A program made the position numbers and the translations under genes. DNA of 62,941 nucleotides, counting the filler, from Octopus bimaculoides (taxonomy: Eukaryota): NCBI RefSeq assembly GCF_001194135.2. It is 4 parts of 3 records of this genome, joined end to end, with 100 filler letters (N's around TTAATTAATTAA, not from the genome) between each part and the next. Parts side by side here need not be neighbours in the genome. Positions count along the whole stretch, not along the records: positions 1 to 23,692 come from NC_069002.1; 3 more parts are not named here. One strand, 5' to 3'. This document shows positions 1 to 12,441 of this stretch, piece after piece. Within the stretch, counting starts at the first letter, position 1. The number at the start of each line of letters is the position of its first letter. The notes beneath the pieces are model-generated. The model did no database searches. It was not told the origin of the DNA and was given only the letters and a program-made list of their open reading frames with translations.

Positions 1-99
1 TTTTACATTTATTTATTTAACAGTATTTAACAAATAGGTTTATTGTCAATTAAAAGATTTCGATTAAAAAACATATATAAAATCAAATTGCCCATAAAA

Positions 100-179
100 A
101 GTATTTGCTGTCCACGGACCCCCTGTCTTGTCCTTGCGGACCCCCCTGTGGTCCGGGGACCACAGTTTGGAAACCCCTG
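100..179 (-). mobile_element. Terminal end of hAT (Charlie-like) non-autonomous DNA transposon
   Basis: Minus strand begins CAGGGGTTTCCAAACTGTGGTCCCCGGACC, resembling hAT-Charlie termini; flanked by CTCTAACG, similar to the NTCTAGAN target preference. Other end is outside the window or unrecognised. Confidence 0.55.
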
Positions 180-367
180 CTCTAACGTACAATATTCAGT
201 ATTCTGCTACTCAACTACCAACTGTTAAACGAACACACATCGAACTAACACGGTTAACCAACACGGTCAAACTAACATCATCAACTACTCCGTTGACAGG
301 ACGCTCAATTCTTATTTATCGTAATCGGTGAGTCTACCTTCAGTCATATTTCGTCTGACTTAAAACC

Positions 368-452
368 AAAGCTCTGATGAGACTTATATAAGTGGATTGA
401 ATTGTTTATGAATCAAATAATGTATATAAGTCGAAACAAATTGTTGACTCTT
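368..452 (+). ncRNA. Degenerate type I hammerhead-like motif
   Basis: CTGATGA (374-380), perfect 10-bp stem II GACTTATATA/TATATAAGTC, GAAAC-AAATT-GTT; stem I poorly paired. Confidence 0.4.
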
Positions 453-689
453 TTGAGGGTTTTTAATGATTTTTTGTTATATTATATTCAGAGTATATCA
501 TATCATATTATAATATAAATAGATTATTAGATTGTCAATTGAATCTCTCAATTTATTGCTTGTAATTTGCATTATACCCATCTTTATGTGGTATCCAACT
601 GATGTGCCAGTGAATTGGATGTTTTACACACCCCTTTGAAGGAATTCCTTTCCTTAGTTTGTTACTTTATATATATATACATATATATG

Positions 690-1020
690 CATATATGGGT
701 ACAGGACGTCACCAACGGTGGAAATAATATGAAATACGTAAACAACGAAACAATTGGAAAACAGGACAAGTAAACACTGAGAAAGGATCTTTCATCACTT
801 GTCGGCTGTCTATCTACTCATTTCTAGCATTCAACAACAATATGAGTTTCCAAAGACAATTGCTCCCATTAATTCTAAAATAATATTTAGGATTTAATGA
901 GAGTCAAAGTTGGGAACAAAAACATGACAGTGGAGACATACAAGGAACCCGAACGAAAGCAAACATGGAGGGTCATTAGACCAGAACGATAGGAAAATAG
1001 TGAACGCTGGGAGAAACGTA
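690..1020 (-). repeat. Unclassified interspersed repeat (related to 58100-58460), possibly Penelope-derived
   Basis: Shares GAGTAGAT..GACAA.TGATGAA and TGA(C/T)GTCCTG(T/C)ACCCATATATGCAT blocks with 58100-58460. Confidence 0.55.
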
Positions 1021-3199
1021 TAGTAATGCCCTTATATAAATAAATAAATAAATAAATAAATATATATATATANNNNNNNNNNNNNNNNNNNNNNNNNNNN
1101 NNNNNNNNNNNNNNNNNNNNNNNNNNNNNNNNNNNNNNNNNNNNNNNNNNNNNNNNNNNNNNNNNNNNNNNNNNNNNNNNNNNNNNNNNNNNNNNNNNNN
1201 NNNNNNNNNNNNNNNNNNNNNNNNNNNNNNNNNNNNNNNNNNNNNNNNNNNNNNNNNNNNNNNNNNNNNNNNNNNNNNNNNNNNNNNNNNNNNNNNNNNN
1301 NNNNNNNNNNNNNNNNNNNNNNNNNNNNNNNNNNNNNNNNNNNNNNNNNNNNNNNNNNNNNNNNNNNNNNNNNNNNNNNNNNNNNNNNNNNNNNNNNNNN
1401 NNNNNNNNNNNNNNNNNNNNNNNNNNNNNNNNNNNNNNNNNNNNNNNNNNNNNNNNNNNNNNNNNNNNNNNNNNNNNNNNNNNNNNNNNNNNNNNNNNNN
1501 NNNNNNNNNNNNNNNNNNNNNNNNNNNNNNNNNNNNNNNNNNNNNNNNNNNNNNNNNNNNNNNNNNNNNNNNNNNNNNNNNNNNNNNNNNNNNNNNNNNN
1601 NNNNNNNNNNNNNNNNNNNNNNNNNNNNNNNNNNNNNNNNNNNNNNNNNNNNNNNNNNNNNNNNNNNNNNNNNNNNNNNNNNNNNNNNNNNNNNNNNNNN
1701 NNNNNNNNNNNNNNNNNNNNNNNNNNNNNNNNNNNNNNNNNNNNNNNNNNNNNNNNNNNNNNNNNNNNNNNNNNNNNNNNNNNNNNNNNNNNNNNNNNNN
1801 NNNNNNATATATATATATATATATAAAGAGAGAGAGTGTGTGTGTATGTGTGTGTGCGTATAGTATATATCTAGTATGTATAGTTACATGTACGAGTAGT
1901 ACTGTTGAGTCTAGTGCTCCACGTCGAGTATCATCATCCAGTCTGCTTCCAGTTTGTAGTGGTTAAACAGCCTCTATATCGTCAATCTCTCCTACTTCTT
2001 CCTTAATAGTTTAATTTGGTATCGTCCCTGTGTATTCATAGTTCGTTGAATTACTGCACCAGTCTACTTGCATTTCCTACTTCCTGGCACTTCTCCTTCA
2101 TTCATCTGGTCTCCTTGTTTTCTTACTATCTTACATCATCCCTCTTGCTTCATCATTCCTCTTCCATTGAAAAAGATCCCTAAACTTACTCTTTTCCTGA
2201 TTTCCTTATTCACAGGTGAAGGACCAGAGCGTGGAAACATTATATTCCGCAATCCTCACTTTTCTTCGAATAAAATTTACCAATCTTATGAACAATAGAC
2301 TGACTGATTTTTGCAAACGCAGACGATCGTCAGTTTCCTCCTCAGATTCTAGATGTTAACCTATTTTAATATATCATTAAAGCCTCATAAGGAAGAGTCA
2401 AAAGTAGAATTGATTGGTCGGTCAACAGTTCTAATGTAGCAAATGACGAAATATCTGAAAATATATCTTTGGCTGCAATTCAAGAAGTTTTCATGATTCT
2501 AAAATTTTTAAATTTTAAATTCTGAATAAGCCCAATTATTTTATGAAATAATGTTTAAAATAGCTGTTCCCATTGTATGAAAGGTACCTTAAAAATCACG
2601 CTTTCATAGTTTTTTCTGAATAGCAAATATACAATATTATTGCTTGTGATTCAAGAACAAATTTCAGTAAACTTTGCTACGAAGCCAGATGAAAGCATTT
2701 TAAATCAAATTCACAAACACATTGCAAATGTGCTAAATTTATAAATAATAATAAAAAAAGAAACTCATAAAAGTAATGAAAAGAACTAACCTGTGAGGTT
2801 TTTTTAAATGTTTAAAACTTAGTAGAAAGAAACCGAACACTATTGTGCATGGAGGAGAAAGTAGAACTATAAATTAAGATTCGAATCGAATTAGACAATT
2901 ACTTAACGATTTTCTACACCCGTCATTTCAGGTTAACATGTTAAATAAAATTTTCAATAAAATTATCGACAGCAAATAAAATGTAGTAGTATTAATGAAG
3001 CTTCAATATTTTTTAGTAATTGTTCTGAAATGTAACTTAGATGATTAGAAGGAACAACAGCAGAAAATATTACTTCTGTCGATCACATAAAAGCTCTCAC
3101 TCTCATTAGTTCGCTAGAGTTATGGTATGATGACAAAACCTCAATGTATGACCTGGTTTATTTACAACGGCTGTTGTGGGTTGTTGTTGTTGATAATAA

Positions 3200-3395
3200 T
3201 AATGATGAAGTTGCTATTTAACCACAAGTTATCCCAAAGTGACCAAAGAGTTTCAAGAGGTGGCCATGACACCTGATATAGACTACAGAAATTACAATGT
3301 CCAATATATTCACTTTTGTTTAAGATAGCAGGACTTGATTTGAGGGAGATTTGATTGCCACTTCTTGTAGGTCAAGCGACCGCATAACGTCTACT
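3200..3395 (+). repeat. Interspersed repeat family D (degenerate); other copies 3990-4180 (-) and 27830-27900 (-)
   Basis: Shared motifs GTTGTTTAGC.CCAGGTCAGC.CTGAT and GATTT(G/A)AGGGAGATTT between copies. Confidence 0.45.
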
Positions 3396-4303
3396 TACAT
3401 CGTTAGTGAGGCTCTTGGATACGAAGTATGGTGTTCACAATTACCACCAACTACTTCCTTCCCATTTTAAATGCTGGTTTAGTTAATGGTGTAAATGTAA
3501 ATCTTAGTGAGAAAATCTAGTAATAATCTCAGTAGTGTTACAGTAAAACAACCACATTGTCCAACCGTTATGTTTCATAGTTGTTATTATTGTGGAACAC
3601 TTTACATTTAACAATTTAAAGTGGAATGAAAAAAGACTGAATGTCGAGTAGAATTTTCCTAACAGTTTCACCAAGTGAATCAATTTCAACTATAAATTGC
3701 AATCGTATAACACCAACGACCGGACAGCATTCGGGCTACGTCTGGAATTTAGGGTTAGCTGTCTGATACTCTGCAATAGGACATAGGTACTATTTATGTG
3801 CCTGTGAATAAACCATAATCATTTAAATCATATCCCAGACAAATCACAATGAACACAATAGAAAATGGCTTCTTTTTTTTTATCTCTCCTGCAAGACATA
3901 AACAAAATAAAATTAGCTTAAGTGTTACCAGAAGGAGCGATATGTTTTATGTTGACCGCAATGAAGTCAGTATTGTGGAACTGGGCCTCTATTTGGTAAC
4001 TCTACCAGTTAGAAATAGTAACTAGGTAAATCTCCCTTAAATAACCACCTAATGTTTTAAAAAGCTACTCATTTCTTAATGTAGTTTTGGGTATACCATT
4101 TCCACGACTGGATGGTCACAATCAGAATGCATTTAATCATGGGTACTCTCAATCAGAGCTGACCTGGTGCTAAACAACAGGAACCACAATAGTAACTTTC
4201 TCGCACTCAGAATTATAATTATTTCTAAACAAATTTGATAATTAGTTTAATACGAAATATTGGATGTGTATCTTTGCATGGCTGTGTATATATAATATAA
4301 TGG

Positions 4304-4680
4304 TGGAGGGGTTAGGGCAGCGTACTCGAGGTCATAGGATCGCGTTTCGATTCCCAGACCGGGTGTTGTGAGTCTTTATTGAGCGAAAACACCTAAAGCC
4401 CCACGAGGCTTCCGCAGTGGTGGTGGTGAACCCTACTGTACTCTTTTTCCACAACTTTCTCTCACTCTTTCTTCCTGTTTCTGTTGTGCCTGTAATTCAA
4501 AGGGCCAGCCTTGTCACACTTTGAGTCACGCTGAATCTCCCCCGAGAACTACGTTAAGGGTACACGTGTCTGTGGAGTGCTCAGTCACTCGCACGTTCAT
4601 TTCACGAGCAGACCGTTCCGTTGATCGGATCAACTGGAACCCGCGTCGTCGTAAGCGACGGAGTGCCACGACGACGACGA
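4304..4680 (+). mobile_element. tRNA-derived SINE, family B
   Basis: tRNA-like head (GGTTAGGGCAGCG..GTTTCGATTCCCAG; same head at 60999-61067); 3' part CACGCTGAATCT..ATTTCACGAGCAG..GGATCAACTG shared with 52628-52930; (ACG)n tail. Confidence 0.75.
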
Positions 4681-5784
4681 TGAATATAATATAATATGAT
4701 ATAATATAATATAATATATGACATGATATGAATGATCTAACATAATATAATATATTTATATGTATGTATGTATGTATGTATGTATGCATGTATGTATGTA
4801 TGTATGAATGTATGTATAATGAAAAAGTTTACATAAAGTGTTATCAAAAGGACCGAGGTCGCTTTTCTGTTATCCAGTGTAGGGTAATTATTGTGAAATT
4901 GAAAACCTCCTTGATTTTAAATGAGGTCTCTTCAGCCAGACTTAAAGCGTCTCCCGGTTTAATTCTACCATGTGGCACGTTAGCGACATCCAATCTGTTG
5001 CATGTATTTGGGGTTGGGACTTCAATCTGGGGTTAACTTTCTTCCTCATCCCACCGCTAATTTCGGAAGTTCTGTGAAAAAAAATCATCGATGCAGCCCT
5101 TTTCTCTCTGGGTGAGCCATTAAATAAAACAAAAGTTAATCAGTTCTCAACATCGTGTCTTCTAAGTTTGTGGATCTCGGTAGATTTCTGTTTGCGTGGG
5201 AACAATTCTCTAAAATTGAATTTCAAACTGTGTTTCAGAACAGACAGATAAAAAATTGAGTTAATAACACTTACGATGAGGAGGTTGCACGAATATCTCA
5301 TTGAGATGCTTAATATCCTAAGAGGATAATGGATAGGATTTACAAAATATACTGTACTTCATTTTGCATAAAAAAATCAGAATCATTTAAAGAAGGAGGA
5401 TATTTTCAAGTTTAGATTACTTTCGATGAAAATCTTAATTTATCTAACATTATTATATTAAGTGGAGGCTGCACTACTTCAGATCGAGGTTGTTGAAACT
5501 CATAATGTAATTGACCTACAGTAACATACAAAAATATAAATCACTGAGCTTGATTACAAAGCTTGTGTTAAACTGAAGAGGCATAATGATACCGAAACAC
5601 ATATAAAGTTGCGTCCCATTCTTGCTAAAATACTTGGAATAATATTAGTCATTGAGATAATGCATGTTTTCAGTAAATAATTATTCCTATTTAGATTTCT
5701 GATCTGTCCGTTTTAAATATGTGAAAGCTCAACAATTGCTTTTCATGCAGATGGTATCTTTAGATAATTAACCTCAGTGATTTA

Positions 5785-5992
5785 TACATACATACACACA
5801 CATATATATGCATACATACATACATACATACAAACATGCATACATATATACATACATACATGCATGCATGCATGCATGCATGCATGCATGCATACATACA
5901 TACATACATACATACATACATACATGCATGCATACATACATACATACATACATACATACATACATACATACATGCATACATACATACATACA
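5785..5992. repeat. (CATA)n/(CATG)n microsatellite
   Basis: Direct reading; source of the MYVC/HTYI pseudo-ORFs. Confidence 0.95.
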
Positions 5993-6049
5993 TCAACATG
6001 GCATCGAATAGAGACACGTTGGCATCGGATACAAACACGTTGGCATAGA

Positions 6050-7875
6050 GGCCTATATATTCTCCCGGATAATGAATATTATCCCCTATAATCTTTGCCA
6101 TTCCCAAAGCATATAACATAACCAGTGAAAAACTCGAGACGGTTATTATGAAATTGATAAATGGAAAATCACTGATAGTAGGCTACTGGTACAAAAAGCT
6201 CACGTTCCACAGGGAAATTCTCACGAACTTGTTTAAAAATCAATGGCCGCTGATCTCTATATACCAGATTGGCCGACGGTTGCACGGGCCACTCTTATGC
6301 CGAAGAACAAAGATACCCATCTAGCCAAAACTAAAGGGTCCATAGTATGTTTGAATGTTATGTACAAACTGTACGCAGGATCCTGAATATGTTTCTCCTA
6401 GACAACTGCCAGACGAATAGCGTGATGGCTGACGAACATGCAGGATGAAAACTACAAGTACAAGGAATCGGTGAGAAAGTTGCATTCGTTGGTGCTGTGA
6501 CCAACAAAGGAGTACTTATGTAGACACCGGAAAGTATGGAACTCAGAGCTGTCTGCATTTAACAAGATCATATCTCAATGCTTTTGCAGCACCAGTTTCA
6601 GTACCAACATTTGGGACATTGGGTTAAACACTCGATGAGATACGTAGCCTAGACATCAAAACTCGAGAAGTACTAACCGTCACTGGCAACTACCACATCA
6701 ACAGCGACACCGATAGGATTCATGTGAGACGAAGTGATGATGGCAGAGGTGTAAAGTCAGTCCAGATGGCCTTCGAATGCCGCATTATACCACTCAGACA
6801 ACACCTGCTGAACAGGAAAGGAAGAAATGAATACATTCCATGCATACTCAAAAGTGAAAGCAACATCATCTTCAGACTGGAGAACTACTGTGAAAATACT
6901 CCGAGAATACAGCTGTCTGATGCGAGCCAAAGAAGGCTAGACTGACCTACCTAAACAGAAGCTTGGAGGAGAAACAGACATCATACCAGCAAAATGCAAG
7001 GCAGGGGTATATATATACCGTAAGCTAGGGGGTAACAACAGCATTGACATGAAGAGTAGTCTCTCCTGGACCTGCGATACATACATTATATCCCACCTAG
7101 AAGGATATGTCCTTGATTTCCAGGAACAGGAGATAGCTACTAAATACCTGATAAACAAGAGGTACAACGATACCACCAAATCACGTTGTGATAAAAATGT
7201 CGGCTCTGCCATACCAGTGTGGCAGATATCACCCATATCATCAGTAGCTGCCCCAAAATGTCTACGTGAAACTACTTGCCCTTGATGCATGATATAATTG
7301 CAAAGATTATTTACGATGCTATCCGCAGAAGGAATTGCCCTGACATATACAGGCATGTCAGAGCCAGAAGGTATTCACACTTGCAAAAGTCATGCACTGT
7401 TCTCGGGGTCAACTACCCAGCGGATATGAACGTACAATCAAAAGCCCAGGAAAAAGAGAACGTTTATAGTGGATTAATGCGGAACTTACAGCTCTTGTAC
7501 CCTGACTATGAATTCTCATTTGCACCTCTCATCGTAGGTGCATTAGGTTATGTACCAGCAAATTTGCACAAAATCCTGAAATATTCGGTTTCACGGTGAA
7601 AGAGATAAAGAAGTTGACGCGGATTCTCCAAATGTAATCTTTTAGTGGCACAGTGAAAATTTGTGAGACATTACACATATTCTCCATCCGAGATACTTAT
7701 GGGAATAGTTGCTCACACTTGGGCGTATGCATCGACACTTCAACCAACACACCAACTCAACCACATGTTTACAAACACCGGGAACTCTCTTAACTCATAA
7801 TGTCTTGTCGCTTTATTAGTGACCGGCTTCAACTCTCTCAAGAAGAACTTAAATTAAACTCAAAGAAAAGCACAC
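6050..7875 (+). mobile_element. Decayed R4/Dong-clade non-LTR retrotransposon (partial RT, CCHC knuckle, restriction-like endonuclease, 3' UTR)
   Basis: Frameshifted translations: IVGYWYKKL, VCLNVMYKLY, AFAAPVSVPTFG, GNYHINSDTDRIHVRRSDDGRG, HLEGYVLDFQEQEIATKYL, C-x2-C..ITHIISSCPK..HDIIAKIIYD, YSGLMRNLQLLYPDYEFSFAPLIVGALGYV; ends in (TACA)n. Internal deletion of central RT. Confidence 0.85.
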
Positions 7876-8139
7876 ATACATACATACATACATACATACA
7901 TACATTCATACATAAGATGGCGCCGTCAACATCAGACGTACAGGCGTAGAGGGCCGTTTAAAATATATTTTTGTACGTTTCCTTCTTTATTTATACCGAC
8001 TCCTCCAGCCTAAATTCATAATTGGTTTATTTCTCACATTATAAATAAGAAGAACACTTTTTACTTACCGACATAGCGTTATTCAGACCGGGTTTTTAAA
8101 ATATACCACGTGGAATCTTGCTAACACGATTATAGCTGA

Positions 8140-8849
8140 AACTAACAACACCACCACCGACGAAAACAGCACTGCAACACCAGTAAACTATCTAAGAAGG
8201 CGTAAGAACTCCTCTCATTTTACTTGGACTCTGCATTTAAACCAAGATCTATTTCGATGCTATGAAAAAGCCTGTGAAGACCCTTCTATGAGATATATGA
8301 AGCGGTTGAAAAAATACATTGACGAATCTTACCTCAGGCCAACCTAAGCACGTTTACTGCGAAAGAACTTCGACAACAAGCATTTTTCTTTTTTTTATAT
8401 ATATATAAAAAGAATGGCTTGCTCTCTCAAAGCATTGAGAACTGGCCAAAACCTGCCAGAAGAGAGATCGAAAATAATGTAAATAAACCGCAGCCATTAC
8501 TAAATTCTCGTGTCTCTCCAAATGTACTTGAGTCAACGGAGACAACTGTGAAGTGTATCCAACTTAGAAGTAACATTAAATCACAGTTCGTTGGAAACTG
8601 TTTAAATTTGTTTTTAAACTATCTTTAAGTGACAGACTAGATTTTTTTAAAATTCTAACAGCTTTAATGTTGAAAGTTATCAACTATATCCCTGGAGAGC
8701 ACATGGAATCATGTGATGTTAATTAGTGGAATTCACTCATATACACAACTGTTATGGGTCCAACATAATGACCACTGAGCAGGCCGGTGGAAAGAAGGGA
8801 GTGTGAGGATTGCCGAACAACTTTTGATAAACAAAGCTGTACTGTCTGA

Positions 8850-8917
<68 letters not shown>

Positions 8918-9715
8918 TAAAAAATAACGTTGTGGGAGTCTTACAACAGTGTGGCTTGATTATAGGAAGTCATTTGACTCTTTTCTCCACTCATAGCTGC
9001 CGAAGTGTCTCCATTTGGCAAAAATGCCTGCTATTTTAATTCTGCCATTGAGAGGCTCACAAAAACCTGGCAACAATTCTTACACTTAGAACGGAGAGTG
9101 AAACGATCGTCTCCAATGCCGTAAATATTTCAAAAGGAATATTCCAAGGAGTTAGTCACTGTAATTCAGTTCCTTTTGGCGTTCAATCCACTATCATTCC
9201 TGCTACAGCAATCAAATGGCTACTGCAAGAGATATTAAAATAACCCATAGTTTCCTTGTGGATGACCTCAAGATTTATGCTAATAATGTTAACGAAGCCA
9301 AAATACAGCTGGAATCAATAACATTTTCAGCTGACATAGGAATGGAATCTGGCCAAAAGAAATTTTCATATTTGAGTGTTGAACGGGAAAATCAGCGTCC
9401 ACCCCGACCCAAAACCTATCTTTTCTGTTCCACATGAAAAAAGTTACAAGTACCTAGGCATTGATGAAAATAGATCAAACGAAAGTACTGAAAATAAAGA
9501 TAGAGTGACCCAAGAATATTATACCAGACTTAGAAAAATGTGGAATTCGGAACTCTCCTCTTACAAGACAATATTGTCCGATGCATTTTCAGTACCAGTG
9601 CTGATTCCAACATTTGAGATTTCCTGTCTGGTCTATAGAAGAAATCTACACCATAGACATTAAAACCCACAAGATTCTGACATCAACTGGAAATCTCCAC
9701 AGAAATCTGGAATTT
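8140..9715 (+). mobile_element. Second decayed R4/Dong-clade element (N-terminus plus RT), 3'-truncated
   Basis: WTLHLNQDLFRCYEKA..YMKRLKKY; EQAGGKKG..EQLLINKAVLSEV; TVWLDYRKSFDS; KGIFQG; FLVDDLKIYA; FSADIGM; YKYLGIDEN; AFSVPVLIPTF. Confidence 0.85.
8852..8914. repeat. (TAA)n microsatellite interrupting the RT
   Basis: Run lies between ..LSEV and ..TVWLDYRK segments of the RT. Confidence 0.9.
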
Positions 9716-12143
9716 ATTTTAGATGTAGTTAATGGAAAATATTATACTTTTTTAGATATCACAATACTTGATTTCGAATCAGACATATGACCAGGGAGAG
9801 TTGTCCAACTAACACGCACACACACGCACACACACGCACACACACGCGTGCGCGCACGCACGCACGCATGCACACGCATTTGCTTGTCATAGAACCTGAG
9901 AGAGTCGTCCAAATTGCCAATTATTTGATCTCCAGTTCTGTTTTCTCTTAAGAAACTATAGAAATAAGTTACCAATAACAATTATTAATAGCAAGAGTTC
10001 TGATATTTTTCTTTAATCTTGATGGTAATTCATAAACTATAAACAAGAACAAATGTTTATATGCACTACACATGCACGTAAAACGCTTATCGGTAATATA
10101 AGACTTCTTGCGGCCTACACATAATTATGTTTTCTATTACATATGTAAAGCACCTATACACACAATTTAGTAAAATTATCAGAGTGAGTCTGTAATAAAT
10201 GGGGCAAAAGCATTAACCAACAAATATAACTCTCCGAAAATACGGTACTGCGAAATATTTATGCCAGCGTTAAATTAATATTCTGTACAGGAATTGTCTT
10301 TGTCTTCGTGTATATCCGTTGTTCAGAGAGATACCTGGTGCGACACGTAGAAACATGTTCTGGTTCGGGTTGAGCTCTTTTGCGGAGAAATAACTTGGTT
10401 GGTATAAATAAAACTATTTTTACTGTATAAGAAAACAAAAAAAAACAATTTGAGACAAAACTATGTTGTCTATGATAATGACATTAGTATGGAATTTTGA
10501 AGGAAGAATTATGGTAAGAAGCAGAAGAATGTTGCTTGAGCTGAAGAAACTGTTAAGAAATGTATAGGCATATGAGAAGAATATATGTTGCAAATGATGT
10601 GAATAAATATAGTAGAACAAGTTACAATAAAGGCATCAAACCTAAAGTTTATTAAGAAAAGAAAAATAACAAACAAATATTAAACAAAAGTTTTAAATCA
10701 TAAGACAATGGCAAGAANNNNNNNNNNNNNNNNNNNNNNNNNNNNNNNNNNNNNNNNNNNNNNNNNNNNNNNNNNNNNNNNNNNNNNNNNNNNNNNNNNN
10801 NNNNNNNNNNNNNNNNNNNNNNNNNNNNNNNNNNNNNNNNNNNNNNNNNNNNNNNNNNNNNNNNNNNNNNNNNNNNNNNNNNNNNNNNNNNNNNNNNNNN
10901 NNNNNNNNNNNATAGTAGAACAAGTTACAATAAAGGCATCAAACCTAAAGTTTATTAAGAAAAGAAAAATAACAAACAAATATTAAACAAAAGTTTTAAA
11001 TCATAAGACAATGGCAAGAATGTAGTTTTGGCAATAAATATATGAGTTTTTGTGATATTTAGGTGAGAAGAGGACGTTATATAAATGGTTGGAAGTAAAC
11101 AGAGAAATAGAGATGATGTTAACTATGTACTACTACTACTACTACTACTACTGCGCCTACACGTTCAAACATGGCATTGTTAATATAAAGTGAAGAAACA
11201 TAGTATACAATTAGGATTGTTGTTATTGTTGTTGTTGTTGGGGTTGTTGCTGACTTTGGTGGTGGTGGTGGTGGTGGTGGTCGTCGTCGTCGTCGTCGTC
11301 ATCGATCGTGCTGGTGCTGGTAGTACTGGTGGTGGATGTAGTTGTAGTGGTTGTGATGCTGGTGGTGATGGTGATGACTGAAACAAGTAAAAGATAAAAG
11401 AAAGACATTTGTATGTACAATAAGAAAAAGAACGGAGGTACTGACATCAATTCATTCTTTGGCTACGACCGTTTCAACAATATATATATATATGCCAGAT
11501 GCATCATCGAACATGGTGGAGAACAATAATTATATTATATTAGGTCATATTACGTATAATTCATAGTCATTTCTTTACGACCGAATAAATTAATATGACG
11601 AAGCTTAAATGAATTCACCTATATATCTGCTAAGACATAAAGAAAAGAAAAGAGAAACAGGCGTCGAGGACAAAAGGTACTGTGTATTATTTAATAAGAT
11701 TAATTTTGAAGGATTTTTTTAATTAGTCGATACATTCAAGTGGAAAGAGTAAAGCAGTATTGAAATATGAGTGCCAATAGACAGTCATAAATCACTGGTT
11801 ATCTCCAGAGTAGCTTCAGAGAAAACAGTAATGATCAGAGTAAGAAAAGAGTAAAGCAAAGAACGTGTTTCAAAATCCACTAATTCGATAAATCATGAAT
11901 GTTATGAACACGCATCTTCTAAAGGGTGAAAGTATTCTCCGGGGATGAAAAGCAACAGCAATCAGATATTCACGTTCTAAACTGCTAGAACATATTGTGA
12001 ATCGATATATACGTTATTGCAAATCTTGTTTGTAAAAAGAAAAAGTTCATAAACAAGGTGTTTCTTATAACTCTAATGGGGGCACTAAACAAAGCACTAC
12101 TTTAAAATACTTAACAATTCGCGCTTCAAAATAGTCCATAATA

Positions 12144-12441
12144 TCAGGTCATCCCATAAGTTCTGTCCGAATTTTGAATAAAGAAAACAAGTGATCAACT
12201 GTTATATTTAATTGAAATTTAATCATCTATGTACTTTCCCTCATTATCTATGACTTCCTTCCATCTATTTAGAAGCTTTTTAATCCCATTAATGTAAAAC
12301 TCTTTTGGTTGCAAAGCGAAGAACGCTGAAATGTCAGTTTCGACCTCCTCCTGGCTTGCGAAAGTTATGTCCCCCAAATGATTCTGTAAACTACGAAACA
12401 AATGGTAGTCTGAAGGAGTAAGGTCGGGAGAATAAAGGTGG
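12144..12441 (-). mobile_element. Mariner transposon 3' end (transposase C-terminus plus TIR); remainder in gap
   Basis: HLYSPDLTPSDYHLFRSLQNHL..GIKKLLNRWKEVIDNEGKYIDD* (YSPDL motif); terminus TA|TCAGGTCATCCCATAAGTTCTG. Confidence 0.9.

Noticed and set aside
5573-5610. CTGAAGA-GGCAT..ATACC-GAAA-CACATATA hammerhead-like core
   Set aside because: No stem I pairing and stem III needs two reversions; too decayed to call.
5995-6050. Three 21-bp units (ACGTTGGCAT..) and other short periodic repeats (52050-52081, 60920-60960)
   Set aside because: Too few units and no spacer structure; not CRISPR-like, and the DNA is eukaryotic.
10609-11019. Exact 109-bp direct repeat (10609-10717 = 10911-11019)
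   Set aside because: Identical copies flanking a gap indicate an unmerged contig overlap.
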